Shown here piece by piece: positions 30,037-40,157 of a stretch of 64,000 nt of DNA (positions within the stretch are counted from its first letter, which is position 1; each line of letters opens with the position of its first letter). A model generated the notes under the pieces. That model ran no database searches and had not been told where the DNA came from. It saw nothing but the letters and a program-made list of their open reading frames with translations. The translations under genes were made by a program, and so were the position numbers. The DNA comes from Candidatus Cloacimonadota bacterium (GTDB lineage Bacteria > Cloacimonadota > Cloacimonadia > G963667145): assembly GCA_963667255.1 (NCBI GenBank), contig OY762940.1, positions 960,001-1,024,000 of the forward strand, in the 5' to 3' direction.

Positions 30037-30507
30037 ATAATTGATAATTGATAATTGACAATGGATAAATGATAATTTGGGGTTTGGGAAGATATGAAAG
30101 ATAATATTGTTTATGACAAGGCTTTTCAGTTTGCAAAGCGAATTGTTAGGCTTTATCGGCATCTGACAGCTACCAAAAATGAGTATGTGCTTTCGAAACA
30201 GATTTTAAGAAGCGGTACTTCGATTGGTGCTAATATCAGAGAAAGTCAGAACGCTCAAAGCAAAAAAGATTTCATATCAAAACTGTCAATAGCTCTCAAA
30301 GAGGCTGGAGAAACAGAATACTGGCTGGATTTATTGGCAGATGCTTATTTGACCGAAGATGAAGTTGTTAGTCTCAAAAGTGATTTGATAGAGATAATCA
30401 AACTTCTGACCACAATAGTTAAAAAATCTAAGAGTAATTAGATGCTTTTTGGTGGTTAGGAGTGGTAATTATCAATTATTAATTATAACTTACTAATTGC
30501 AAATTGC
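30037..30507 (+). mobile_element. Four-helix-bundle cassette with inverted heptamer-repeat flanks in the 16S-23S spacer
   Basis: Left flank (AATTGAT)n-like at 30039-30075. Right flank complementary (AATTATC/AATTATT/AATTATA) at 30467-30507. ORF in between. Confidence 0.7.
30094..30441 (+). CDS. Four-helix-bundle protein (23S rRNA IVP / S23 family)
   Basis: LSKQILRSGTSIGANIRE, SKKDFISKLSIALKEAGETEYWL. Confidence 0.93.
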   Translation: MKDNIVYDKAFQFAKRIVRLYRHLTATKNEYVLSKQILRSGTSIGANIRESQNAQSKKDFISKLSIALKEAGETEYWLDLLADAYLTEDEVVSLKSDLIEIIKLLTTIVKKSKSN

Positions 30508-30521
30508 TTGCAATTTGCCTT

Positions 30522-30597
<76 letters not shown>

Positions 30598-30890
30598 TTT
30601 TTTTTGTGATGGATGAGCGATTTTGATTGATGAGTAAAAGAATAAATTAATGGCTCAAATTGTTGGGCTAATAATTTGTTTTTATAGTTCTTTTAAGAAG
30701 AAGTTTTATAGAAGTGGTGAGATTATTAAAGAGAATCAAAAATTAAGTAGAAAGGGCATACGGTGAATGCCTTGGCGCAAAAATGGCGAAGAAGGACGTG
30801 GTTTGCTGCGATAAGTCTCGGATAGCTGTAAGCAAGCTTTGACCCGGGAATTTCCGAATGGGGCAACCCAGTCAGGGTTATACCTGACTA

Positions 30891-30973
30891 TCAAGCACCT
30901 ATTTTTTACTCTGATAAGGATTAAAACCTTAAACATAAACAAAAATAGAAACGAGTGAAAAATAGGTGCTTGA
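30891..30973 (+). mobile_element. 23S intervening element 1 (approx. helix 10), ORF-less
   Basis: TCAAGCACCTATTTTTTACTC...GAGTGAAAAATAGGTGCTTGA, 83 bp. Confidence 0.88.
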
Positions 30974-31071
30974 GGCATACGCGGTGAATTGAAACATCTA
31001 AGGTAACCGCAGGAAAAGAAAATAAATAATGATTTCCTAAGTAGTGGCGAGCGAACGGGAAAGAGCCTAAA

Positions 31072-31149
31072 CCAAGCACCTATTTTTAATTCTGAGAAGG
31101 AATTGCAAACAGAATAGAGAATAGAAACGAGTTAAAAATAGGTGCTTGG
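31072..31149 (+). mobile_element. 23S intervening element 2 (approx. helix 15 region), ORF-less
   Basis: CCAAGCACCTATTTTTAATTC...GAGTTAAAAATAGGTGCTTGG, 78 bp. Confidence 0.88.
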
Positions 31150-31334
31150 GGTTGCGGGACTGCGATATCGGACTGATAGAGGATAGTCGAACTTAGCTGG
31201 AAAGCTGGAGCGAAGAAGGTGAAACTCCTGTAGACGAAATTCTGTATCTGCTGTAGCAGTATCCCAAGTAGGGCGGGGCACGTGAAACCCTGTCTGAATC
31301 TGCCGGGACCATCCGGTAAGGCTAAATACATTTT

Positions 31335-31382
<48 letters not shown>

Positions 31383-31432
31383 GGAAGGGGAGTGAAATAG
31401 TATCTGAAACCGTATGTTTATAATCAGTCAGA

Positions 31433-31511
31433 CCAAGCACTTATTTTTAACTCTGATAAGGTATAATTAAACAGAGATAAGAATAGAAGCGAGTTAAAAG
31501 TAAGTGCTTGG
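31433..31511 (+). mobile_element. 23S intervening element 3 (approx. helix 25), ORF-less
   Basis: CCAAGCACTTATTTTTAACTC...GAGTTAAAAGTAAGTGCTTGG, 79 bp. Confidence 0.88.
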
Positions 31512-32123
31512 AATGGCGTGCCTTTTGTATAATGAGCTAGCGAGTTAATTTTGTCAGCAAGGTTAAATCATAAAGTGATGGAGCCGAAGCGAAAGCGAGT
31601 GTTAATAGCGCGTTTAGTTGGCAGGATTAGACCCGAAACCCGGTGATCTACCTATGGCCAGGTTGAAGTTTGGGTAAAACCAAATGGAGGACCGAACCAA
31701 CTGATGTTGAAAAATCAGTGGATGAGCTGTTGGTAGGGGTGAAAGGCCAATCAAACCGGGCGATATCTGGTTCTCTCCGAAAACTGTTTAGGCAGTGCCT
31801 CTTATTAGAATTGCGGGGGTAGAGCACTAATTAGGATAGGGGGCCTACAAGCCTACCGAACCTTAATAAACTCCGAATACCGTAATTTGATGTAAGGGAG
31901 ACAGTCTGTGGGGGATAAGCTCCATGGGCGAGAGGGAAAGATCCCTAACCGACGATTAAGGTCCCTAAATTTATACTTAGTGAGAAAGGATGTTTTATTG
32001 CAAAGACAGCCAGGATGTTAGCTTAGAAGCAGCTATCATTTAAAGAGTGCGTAATAGCTCACTGGTTAAGTGGTAATGCACCGAAGATGATCGGGACTGA
32101 TAAGTATAATACCGAAATCGCGG

Positions 32124-32436
32124 CCAAGCACCTATTTTTAATTTTGAATTAAGGAGTAGCTATGTATTATGTCTATTTACTGAAAGAAATAAATAGAAAC
32201 TTACATTATATTGGTTACACCAAGGATTTAAAACGACGGATTTCTGAGCATTTGAGTGGTAAGAGTGAGTATACAAGTTTTGGTAATTGGAAGCTTGTAT
32301 ATTATGAAGCTTATTTATCGGAAAGTGATGCGAGAAAAAGAGAAAGAATGCTGAAACAGAATGGCAATTCTAAAAGACATTTATTAAAGAGAGTTGAAAA
32401 TTCTGATAAAGTTTGAAGTTAAAAATAGGTGCTTGG
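32124..32436 (+). mobile_element. 23S intervening element 4 (approx. helix 45) carrying a GIY-YIG gene
   Basis: CCAAGCACCTATTTTTAATTT...AAGTTAAAAATAGGTGCTTGG, 313 bp. Confidence 0.92.
32162..32416 (+). CDS. Small GIY-YIG nuclease (UPF0213-like) inside the 23S rRNA gene
   Basis: MYYVYLL...YIGYTKDLKRRISEH...WKLVYYEAY...ARKRERMLK. AAGGAG RBS. Confidence 0.92.
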   Translation: MYYVYLLKEINRNLHYIGYTKDLKRRISEHLSGKSEYTSFGNWKLVYYEAYLSESDARKRERMLKQNGNSKRHLLKRVENSDKV

Positions 32437-33132
32437 GGTAGGAGAGCATTGTAGTCGGCGTTGAAGGTGTCTTGTAAGAGATGCTGGAGTGGCTACAAGA
32501 GAGAATGCTAGCATGAGTAGCGATAATGCGGATGAGAAGTCCGCACACCGAAAACCCAAGGTTTCCTGAGTAAAGAAAATCTGCTCAGGGTTAGTCGGCC
32601 CCTAAGGCGAGTCTGGTTTCCAGGGTAGCTGATGGGAATCTGGTTAATATTCCAGAACCTGTTATGGGAAGTGATGGAGTGACGCGGCGTTGCAGTGGAG
32701 ACACCGGCTGAAAGTGGTGTTGAATGTGCGTAAGAAGTTCGGTTGGCAAATCCGCCGAGCAATATTCTGAGACACAGGACGAGAGCTTATGCTCGCAAAG
32801 TCCACCTATAGTGCTGCCAAGAAATAACTTCTAAGCGTTTATGTCATAACAGACCGTACCCCAAACCGACTCAGGTGGGTGAGGAGAGTATCCTAAGGTG
32901 TTCGAGAGAATTCTGGTTAAGGAACTCGGCATATTGACCCCGTAACTTCGGGAGAAGGGGTGCCGGGGGAAGTGATTACCTTCGCGGTATGAGCATGCCC
33001 CCGGCCGCAGTGAAAAGATTCAAGCGACTGTTTATCAAAAACACAGGTCTATGCAAACTTGCAAAAGAAAGTATATAGACTGACACCTGCCCGGTGCCGG
33101 AAGGTTAAGTGAGAGAGTGCAAGCTCTTGAGT

Positions 33133-33229
<97 letters not shown>

Positions 33230-33480
33230 GAATACTGTCTCAACCAGGATCTCGGTGAAATTGTAGTGGCGGTGAAGATGCCGCCTACCCGCGAACGGAC
33301 GGAAAGACCCCGTGAACCTTTACTATAGCTTGACATTGTGATTTGATGAGGTATGTGTAGGATAGGTGGGAGATTTTGAAGCGGTGACGCTAGTCGCCGT
33401 GGAGTCAACCTTGAAATACCACCCTTATGTTGTTGAATCACTAACGCTAGTAGTTACCCTACTAGCAGACATTGTCTGGT

Positions 33481-33513
<33 letters not shown>

Positions 33514-33671
33514 AGTAACGGAGGCTTACAAAGGTTCCCTCAGATTGGTCGGCAATCAATCGAAGAGCATAAAGGTATAAGGGAGCTTAACTGCGAGACT
33601 GACGGGTCGAGCAGATGCGAAAGCAGGTCTTAGTGATCCGGCGGCTCTGTATGGAAGGGCCGTTGCTCAAA

Positions 33672-33704
<33 letters not shown>

Positions 33705-33760
33705 ACCGCCTAAGAGTTCATATCGACGGCGGTGTTTGGCACCTCGATGTCGGCTCAACT

Positions 33761-33791
<31 letters not shown>

Positions 33792-33814
33792 TGGCTGTTC
33801 GCCAATTAAAGAGT

Positions 33815-33861
<47 letters not shown>

Positions 33862-33978
33862 TTCGTGGGAGTAGGAAATTTGAGAGGATTTGCATCTAGT
33901 ACGAGAGGACCGGTGTGAACAAACCTCTGGTGTATCGGTTGTGGCGTCAGCTGCATTGCCGAGTAGCTAAGTTTGGAA

Positions 33979-34020
<42 letters not shown>

Positions 34021-34186
34021 AATAGATTTCCCTATGAGAACCGTTGGAGACTACAACGTTGATAGGTCACAGGTGTAAGAGTAGTAATGCTCTCAGCCGA
34101 GTGATACTAATTGTTCCATTGGCTTATTTTTTTCTTTTTAATATCTCACCAACTTTTTATCATAACGATTTGTTTAAAGCTCTTTG

Positions 34187-34304
<118 letters not shown>

Positions 34305-34341
34305 CTAAGAGCTTTTTTATTTGCAATAAAAAAGCTCTTAG
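34305..34341 (+). terminator. rRNA operon terminator hairpin
   Basis: CTAAGAGCTTTTTTATT-tgc-AATAAAAAAGCTCTTAG. Confidence 0.75.
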
Positions 34342-34663
34342 TTAATTGATAATTGACCTGTAATTTTGGAATTGGATGTTTTTGGGGAATAAGATTGATT
34401 TTTTTATTAAGCACAATTTTTAAAATCTATAGAGCCCTTTTAATTTTTTCATAAGTATGCAATTCATTACTATTGCAATTGTTAGAGTCTATTTTGTAAT
34501 TAACAGTGATGGCATTTTTAAACTTTTTATTGACAAAAAAAAATCAAAAAAAAAAAATCGGGGAATGGAAAGTTGAAGTCGTGGATAACTTTTCTATAAG
34601 ATTTTTAACAAAACCTTAATAAAAGCATTTAAGGTTAAGAATAGAAAATCGGGGGTCATAATT

Positions 34664-36151
34664 ATGGAGAAAGTAAAACTTCAAGAGAAGTACCAATTGT
34701 TTATTGGTGGAGAATGGAGAGACGCTTCAGATGGAGCGACTTTTAAAACATCTTGTCCGGCAGATGGTAGCTTTTTGGCTGAATGTGCACAAGCAACCAG
34801 AAGTGATGTTGACGATGCTGTAAAAGCTGCTTGGAACGCTTTCCCTGCGTGGAAAGCAACTACAGCTGCCCAAAAAGCTGTAATTCTGAACAAAATAGCT
34901 GATATCATTGATGAGAATAAAGAGTTCTTGGCAATGGTAGAGACTATGGACAACGGTAAGCCAATTCGTGAGACTATGAATGTCGATGTTCCTTTGTCAG
35001 CAGAGCATTTCCGTTATTTTGCTGGATGTATTTTGGCTGAAGAAGGTAGTGCGAGTATGTTGGGGACAGAGACATTGAGCCTTATTCTTAGAGAGCCCAT
35101 TGGTGTTGTTGGACAGATAGTCCCTTGGAATTTCCCGTTTTTGATGGCTGCTTGGAAATTGGCTCCAGTGCTTGCCAGTGGTTGCTGCACTGTTTTCAAA
35201 CCTTCCAGCACTACATCTTTGAGCGTTTTGGAACTTGCTCGTCTTATTCAAGATGTTATTCCTAAGGGCGTGTTCAATGTAGTTACCGGTTCAGGTTCTA
35301 AGGCAGGTCAATTCATTTTGGAACATGAGGGATTCCGCAAACTCGGTTTCACTGGGTCTACAGAAATTGGTAAAGACATAGCCAAAGCTGCTGCTAACCG
35401 TTTGATTCCTGCTACATTGGAGTTGGGTGGAAAGTCTGCTAACATCTATTTTAACGATTGCAATTGGGAAATGGCTATGGACGGTCTTCAATTGGGCATT
35501 TTGTTCAACCAAGGTCAAGTTTGTTGTGCCGGTTCACGCGTTTTTGTGCAAGAGGATATCTATGATAAATTTGTAAAGGATGCTGTGAATAGATTTAACA
35601 AGGTAAATGTGAATTTGCCTTGGAAAGATGACACACAAATGGGTGCTCAAGTTGATGAAAATCAAATGAAAACTATTTTGAGCTATGTTGATATTGCCAA
35701 AAAAGAAGGTGCAACTATTGCTTGCGGTGGCGAAAGGCTCACTACTGGCGAATTGGCTAAGGGTTGCTTTATGAAACCTACTTTGATTACCAATGTTACT
35801 AACGATATGCGTGTTGCTCAAGAGGAGATTTTCGGTCCTGTTGCTGTTATTATCAAGTTTAAGACTGAGGACGAAGTTGTCGCTATGGCTAACGACAGTA
35901 TTTACGGTTTGGGTGGAGCTGTTTGGACACGCGATATTAATCGCGCTATCAGAGTTTCTCGTGCTATCGAGACTGGGCGTATGTGGGTAAATACTTACAA
36001 CTCCATTCCTGAAGGAGCACCATTTGGTGGTTACAAAGAATCTGGTATCGGTAGGGAAACACACAAGGTAATCTTGGAACACTATACTCAAATGAAAAAC
36101 ATTATGATTAACCTTGCAGAAGTACCAAGCGGATTTTATCCTCAAAAGTAA
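34664..36151 (+). CDS. NAD-dependent aldehyde dehydrogenase
   Basis: PWNFP, FTGSTE, LELGGKS, NQGQVCCA and EEIFGP motifs. Confidence 0.96.
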   Translation: MEKVKLQEKYQLFIGGEWRDASDGATFKTSCPADGSFLAECAQATRSDVDDAVKAAWNAFPAWKATTAAQKAVILNKIADIIDENKEFLAMVETMDNGKPIRETMNVDVPLSAEHFRYFAGCILAEEGSASMLGTETLSLILREPIGVVGQIVPWNFPFLMAAWKLAPVLASGCCTVFKPSSTTSLSVLELARLIQDVIPKGVFNVVTGSGSKAGQFILEHEGFRKLGFTGSTEIGKDIAKAAANRLIPATLELGGKSANIYFNDCNWEMAMDGLQLGILFNQGQVCCAGSRVFVQEDIYDKFVKDAVNRFNKVNVNLPWKDDTQMGAQVDENQMKTILSYVDIAKKEGATIACGGERLTTGELAKGCFMKPTLITNVTNDMRVAQEEIFGPVAVIIKFKTEDEVVAMANDSIYGLGGAVWTRDINRAIRVSRAIETGRMWVNTYNSIPEGAPFGGYKESGIGRETHKVILEHYTQMKNIMINLAEVPSGFYPQK

Positions 36152-36170
36152 TCAGTAGTTAAAAGTTGTG

Positions 36171-36202
36171 AAGTAGCCGTCTGAATAGGCGGCTACTTTT
36201 TT
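36171..36202 (+). terminator. Intrinsic terminator
   Basis: AAGTAGCCGTCT-gaat-AGGCGGCTACTTTTTT. Confidence 0.85.
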
Positions 36203-36286
36203 GTAAGCCCAAAAATTTGTTGACACTCTAAAGAGGCTTTATTGTTCGAGTATAGTTCTGATTAACAAAAAAATTAAGGAAATAAT

Positions 36287-36838
36287 GTGAGTAGTAAAAA
36301 TAAGAGACGAAGAAAAGCTGAGATTAACAATTCTGCGAAGAATAGCTCAACAAATTTTATTGTGAGAAATGGTTTGGCAGGTTTAATTCTAATTGGGCTA
36401 TTAAGTATTGTTCTTATGGTTCCAGGCTATAATTGGATGCTAAATTCTTTAATCAAAGGAAATCTCCAAATTATAAAAGAGTATCCGAATATTTCAATAG
36501 AAGAAAAGTATTCTATGAAATTTAATGTATTTGGGAATTTGATGAATTATATAAAGAGAAGTACTCCTGAGAATGCTATTATTCTTATTCCTGATATTGA
36601 GATTGTTAGACCTTTGATTAATTCTACTAATCAACTTGTTCAATTAGTAAATAAAAGTATAATATTAAATTTCTTATATCCTAGAAAGATAGTTATGGAA
36701 AATCTTAAAGAAGAAGAAAAATATTTTAATAAAATCACGCATGTTCTCATTGTTAATAATTATGGATATCAATATTTGAACTACGAATTTAATGCAAATA
36801 TTCAACTCGGTGTTTTGCCGGTAAATAAGGAGAACTAA
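36287..36838 (+). CDS. Hypothetical membrane-anchored protein
   Basis: 183-aa ORF with RBS and one N-terminal TM segment, first gene of an AT-rich locus. Confidence 0.65.
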   Translation: MSSKNKRRRKAEINNSAKNSSTNFIVRNGLAGLILIGLLSIVLMVPGYNWMLNSLIKGNLQIIKEYPNISIEEKYSMKFNVFGNLMNYIKRSTPENAIILIPDIEIVRPLINSTNQLVQLVNKSIILNFLYPRKIVMENLKEEEKYFNKITHVLIVNNYGYQYLNYEFNANIQLGVLPVNKEN

Positions 36839-36844
36839 TATATT

Positions 36845-38230
36845 ATGGGATTTTTAGGAATACTTTTAATTATTTTGCTTGGGATGAGTGTGCTGAATAA
36901 GTTGGATAACAATTTTAGTTTTTTAGAATTATTCAGTTTTTCTTTTCTTGTCGGAATTGGATTAAAATCTTTAATTTTCTTTATGTTATTTGTAATAGGT
37001 GTCACTCCAAAATTATTTATTTTGCTCTCAATAGACATTGTTTTGATTGTGTTTTTAAATTTTAAGAGTTTAAAAAAGATAAAAGAAATTAATTTTAAAT
37101 ATATTAATTTAAAGAAAAAATTAACAGAATTCAATATAGTATGGGTTATCTGTTTTTTCTGTGTAGCGTATTTGTTATATGGGATTACGAGAAAATCACT
37201 TTATTGGCCTGTCATAGGAGGAGATTCTCTTAGTTCCTTTGATCTGTATGCAAAAGCGATTGCTCATGAACTAACTTTCCTCCCTTCATTATTTTTTGAA
37301 AAAGGAGCTGTTGGTCCTGGATGTGCATATCCTCCTTTGCTATCAATAAGTTTTGCATATGTATATATGTTAGGATTTGCAACACCAAAAATTATTTCTG
37401 TTTGTTTTTATATATCGCTAGCATTTGGATTTTATTCTTTAGTTAAGAAATTGGTTAATCCTACGGCGAGTATTTTTTTTACTTTGTTTGTTATCGCTAC
37501 ACCGGAAATGATAGCACAAAGTGCTATTGCAACAACTAATGTTCCACAAGCTATTTTGGCTTCCTTAGGATTTATTTCTTTTTTTATTTGGTTAGAACTA
37601 AGAGAGAGAAAATATTTTATTTTGTCGATTTTATTGCTCGCTTTTAATGGATTTACACGAAGTGAAGGGATAGTTTATATTTTTCCATGTATTGTAATAA
37701 TTAGTTATTTCTCGTTGTGGAAACGAAATGTAAATATTCGATTGTTTCTTATTTTTACAATTGGCATTTTATTACCTTTTGTTTTTTGGCAGTTATTTAT
37801 TAAATTTAATATGGAAATTTTTAAAAATATTCTGCAAGTTGATGGATTTTCATTGAGTCTTGTTTTAGATAAAGTTAAATTATATAAGATTTATTTTTAT
37901 GCAAAATCTAATCTTGCTTATAGTGGCTATTATGGAATTACTTCGTTTACTCTCTTGGTTGCTATTATAATTAATATAAAAAATCTTTTAAAGAAAGAGA
38001 AAAAAGAATTACTATTTTTGGGAGCATTATTTTTGGCTTTTTTTTCGTATCTTATGTTGATTTATCTTATGAATATAAAATATGATTCTGTCGATAATAT
38101 TATGAGACATTCTGCCAAAAGATTTTTCTTTGGTTATATTATTTTGATGTGGTATTATATTTCAACCAATCATATTACTACAATGTTATTTAAAAAAGTA
38201 GAAAAATTCTTAACTTTTTCTAATAAATGA
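36845..38230 (+). CDS. Polytopic membrane protein, GT-C glycosyltransferase-like
   Basis: More than 11 TM segments, YPPL and TRSEG motifs. Confidence 0.65.
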   Translation: MGFLGILLIILLGMSVLNKLDNNFSFLELFSFSFLVGIGLKSLIFFMLFVIGVTPKLFILLSIDIVLIVFLNFKSLKKIKEINFKYINLKKKLTEFNIVWVICFFCVAYLLYGITRKSLYWPVIGGDSLSSFDLYAKAIAHELTFLPSLFFEKGAVGPGCAYPPLLSISFAYVYMLGFATPKIISVCFYISLAFGFYSLVKKLVNPTASIFFTLFVIATPEMIAQSAIATTNVPQAILASLGFISFFIWLELRERKYFILSILLLAFNGFTRSEGIVYIFPCIVIISYFSLWKRNVNIRLFLIFTIGILLPFVFWQLFIKFNMEIFKNILQVDGFSLSLVLDKVKLYKIYFYAKSNLAYSGYYGITSFTLLVAIIINIKNLLKKEKKELLFLGALFLAFFSYLMLIYLMNIKYDSVDNIMRHSAKRFFFGYIILMWYYISTNHITTMLFKKVEKFLTFSNK

Positions 38231-38235
38231 TTTTT

Positions 38236-38963
38236 GGTTAAAGACAACTTGACAAGTGAATTAAACTAGTTAAGTTGTTGAAATGCCAATAAGAAACAAG
38301 GATGTAAAAAATGCAAAAATTTCTGAAGCCAAATTTAGAGAAATCATTAAGATTTTTTTTAGATATTGAAGCCAGTAAAATAGCAATTTTGGCCAAAATT
38401 AGCAGGAAAACTATAAACAATTATTTGTTTAGGATAAGGGAAGGAATAGCTAAGTTTTGCTGTGAAAATTTTCATCTTTCTATTATAATCGAAGTTGATG
38501 AATCTTATTTTGTGGTAAGGCGAGTCAAAGAGAAACGAGGTCGAGGTGTGGGAGGGAAAACAAAAGTTTTTGGCTTGTAAAAGAGATGCAAAGTTTATAC
38601 TCAACTGATTGATAATTGTATCAAAAAGACACTACAAGCAATTATAAAGGTAAGGATAGAAAAGAGCAGTGAAATTCATTCTAATGGCTGGAAAGCTTAT
38701 AATGGATTGGTTGATTTAGGATACCAAAAACGCTAATATTTGACTATTCTAACAATGAATTTGCTAATAAAAATGGACACATAAATGGGATTGAGAACTT
38801 TTGGGGAATAGCTAAATTGAGACTGACAAAATTTAAAGGAATTCATAAAAATATGTTTTATTTGCACTTAAATGAATGTGAATTTAGATTCAATCACAGA
38901 CAAAATTCACATAAAGATTTGTTAGAAATGTTCCGGAAAAGTCCGCTTAATTTGTCTTGAACC
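38236..38963 (+). mobile_element. Degenerate IS1595-family element (transposase pseudogene)
   Basis: TIRs GGTTAAAGACAACTT / AATTTGTCTTGAACC, near-duplicated 8-bp flanks TGATTTTT/TAATTTTT. EVDESYF..RGRG, HINGIENFW and ECEFRFNHR are spread over broken frames. Confidence 0.85.
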
Positions 38964-38981
38964 TAATTTTTATTTCATGTA

Positions 38982-39674
38982 ATGAAAGGTCTCATTATTA
39001 TTCCCGCTTTTAATGAAGCATTGAACATTGAAAGAGTAATTAATTCTATTTTTCAATTGAGTTTGAATGTTGATATATTGGTAGTTGATGATGGTTCTGC
39101 AGATGATACTATACAGATTGCTTTGGCGACCAATAAGGCAACGGTTTTGTCTTTACCATTTAATTTGGGAATAGGTGGTTGTGTCCAGACTGGATTTAAA
39201 TATGCTATAATTAACAATTACGATTTTGCTATCCAATGTGATGGAGACGGACAACATTTGGCTTCGGATTTAGTTGCTCTAATTAAAGAATTTTCAAGTG
39301 AAGATTTACTCATTGGTTCGAGATTTTTATCTAAAAAGCAAACAGGGTTTAAGTCCTCCTTTTTTAGAAGAATGGGAATTATTTGGTTCAGATTTTTGTT
39401 TTTCATTTTTTATGGAGTAAGAGTAACAGATGCTACTTCAGGCCTTAGAATTTATGGACAAAAAGCTTTAAAATTTCTATCAAAAAATTATTCTGATGAT
39501 TATCCAGAGCCGGAAGCTATTGCATATTTGTTGAAAAATAATATAGTTCCAAAAGAAATATCTGTTGAAATGCAAGCAAGACAAGAAGGGGAAAGTTCGA
39601 TTACATTTTTTAAATCTATTTATTACATGATAAAAGTTAGTGTTGCCATCATGATATGGAAGATTAGGAGGTGA
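38982..39674 (+). CDS. GT2 glycosyltransferase (DPM1-like)
   Basis: IPAFNE, VDDGS, NLGIGG, DGDGQH and DATSG motifs. Confidence 0.92.
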   Translation: MKGLIIIPAFNEALNIERVINSIFQLSLNVDILVVDDGSADDTIQIALATNKATVLSLPFNLGIGGCVQTGFKYAIINNYDFAIQCDGDGQHLASDLVALIKEFSSEDLLIGSRFLSKKQTGFKSSFFRRMGIIWFRFLFFIFYGVRVTDATSGLRIYGQKALKFLSKNYSDDYPEPEAIAYLLKNNIVPKEISVEMQARQEGESSITFFKSIYYMIKVSVAIMIWKIRR

Positions 39675-39675
39675 T

Positions 39676-40044
39676 TTGTTTTCGTCATTCATTATGAATA
39701 GAGTTCAAGTTGTCGCAATTTTAGGGTCTATTTTTTTACTGCTTTTAGTTGTGGAGCTTATTCGCAAACAGCAACTAAAAGAAAAGTATGCTCTTGTTTG
39801 GTTATTCATTTGCATTTTTTTTATTATTGTGGCTTCTATGCGAACTCTTATTCAATTTATAGCTGATTTACTGGGAATTTATTATGCACCTTCTGCTTTT
39901 TTGTTGTTGTTAATTATGGGAATTTTTTTAATTTTGTTGCAGTTTACTATTATCTTGTCCAAAATGAAAGAAAGAATCAAAATTTTAGCTCAAGAAGTTG
40001 CAATGCTAAATCTTGTAACAAAGACCAATAAGAAAAATGAATAA
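39676..40044 (+). CDS. DUF2304 family membrane protein
   Basis: LKEKYALVW, ADLLGI and LAQEVA motifs, usual partner of this GT2 type. Confidence 0.85.
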   Translation: MFSSFIMNRVQVVAILGSIFLLLLVVELIRKQQLKEKYALVWLFICIFFIIVASMRTLIQFIADLLGIYYAPSAFLLLLIMGIFLILLQFTIILSKMKERIKILAQEVAMLNLVTKTNKKNE

Positions 40045-40157
40045 ACTTGTTATTTTTGATTTTGATAATACCATAACTACAAGAGACACTTTTTTAGATT
40101 TTTTATTTTATAGTTATGGATTTTGTAAATTTGCATGGTTTATTTTTAGATTATTTC

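Noticed and set aside
30094..30441. Four-helix-bundle gene as the Avd of a diversity-generating retroelement
   Set aside because: There is no reverse transcriptase or TR/VR pair in the window.
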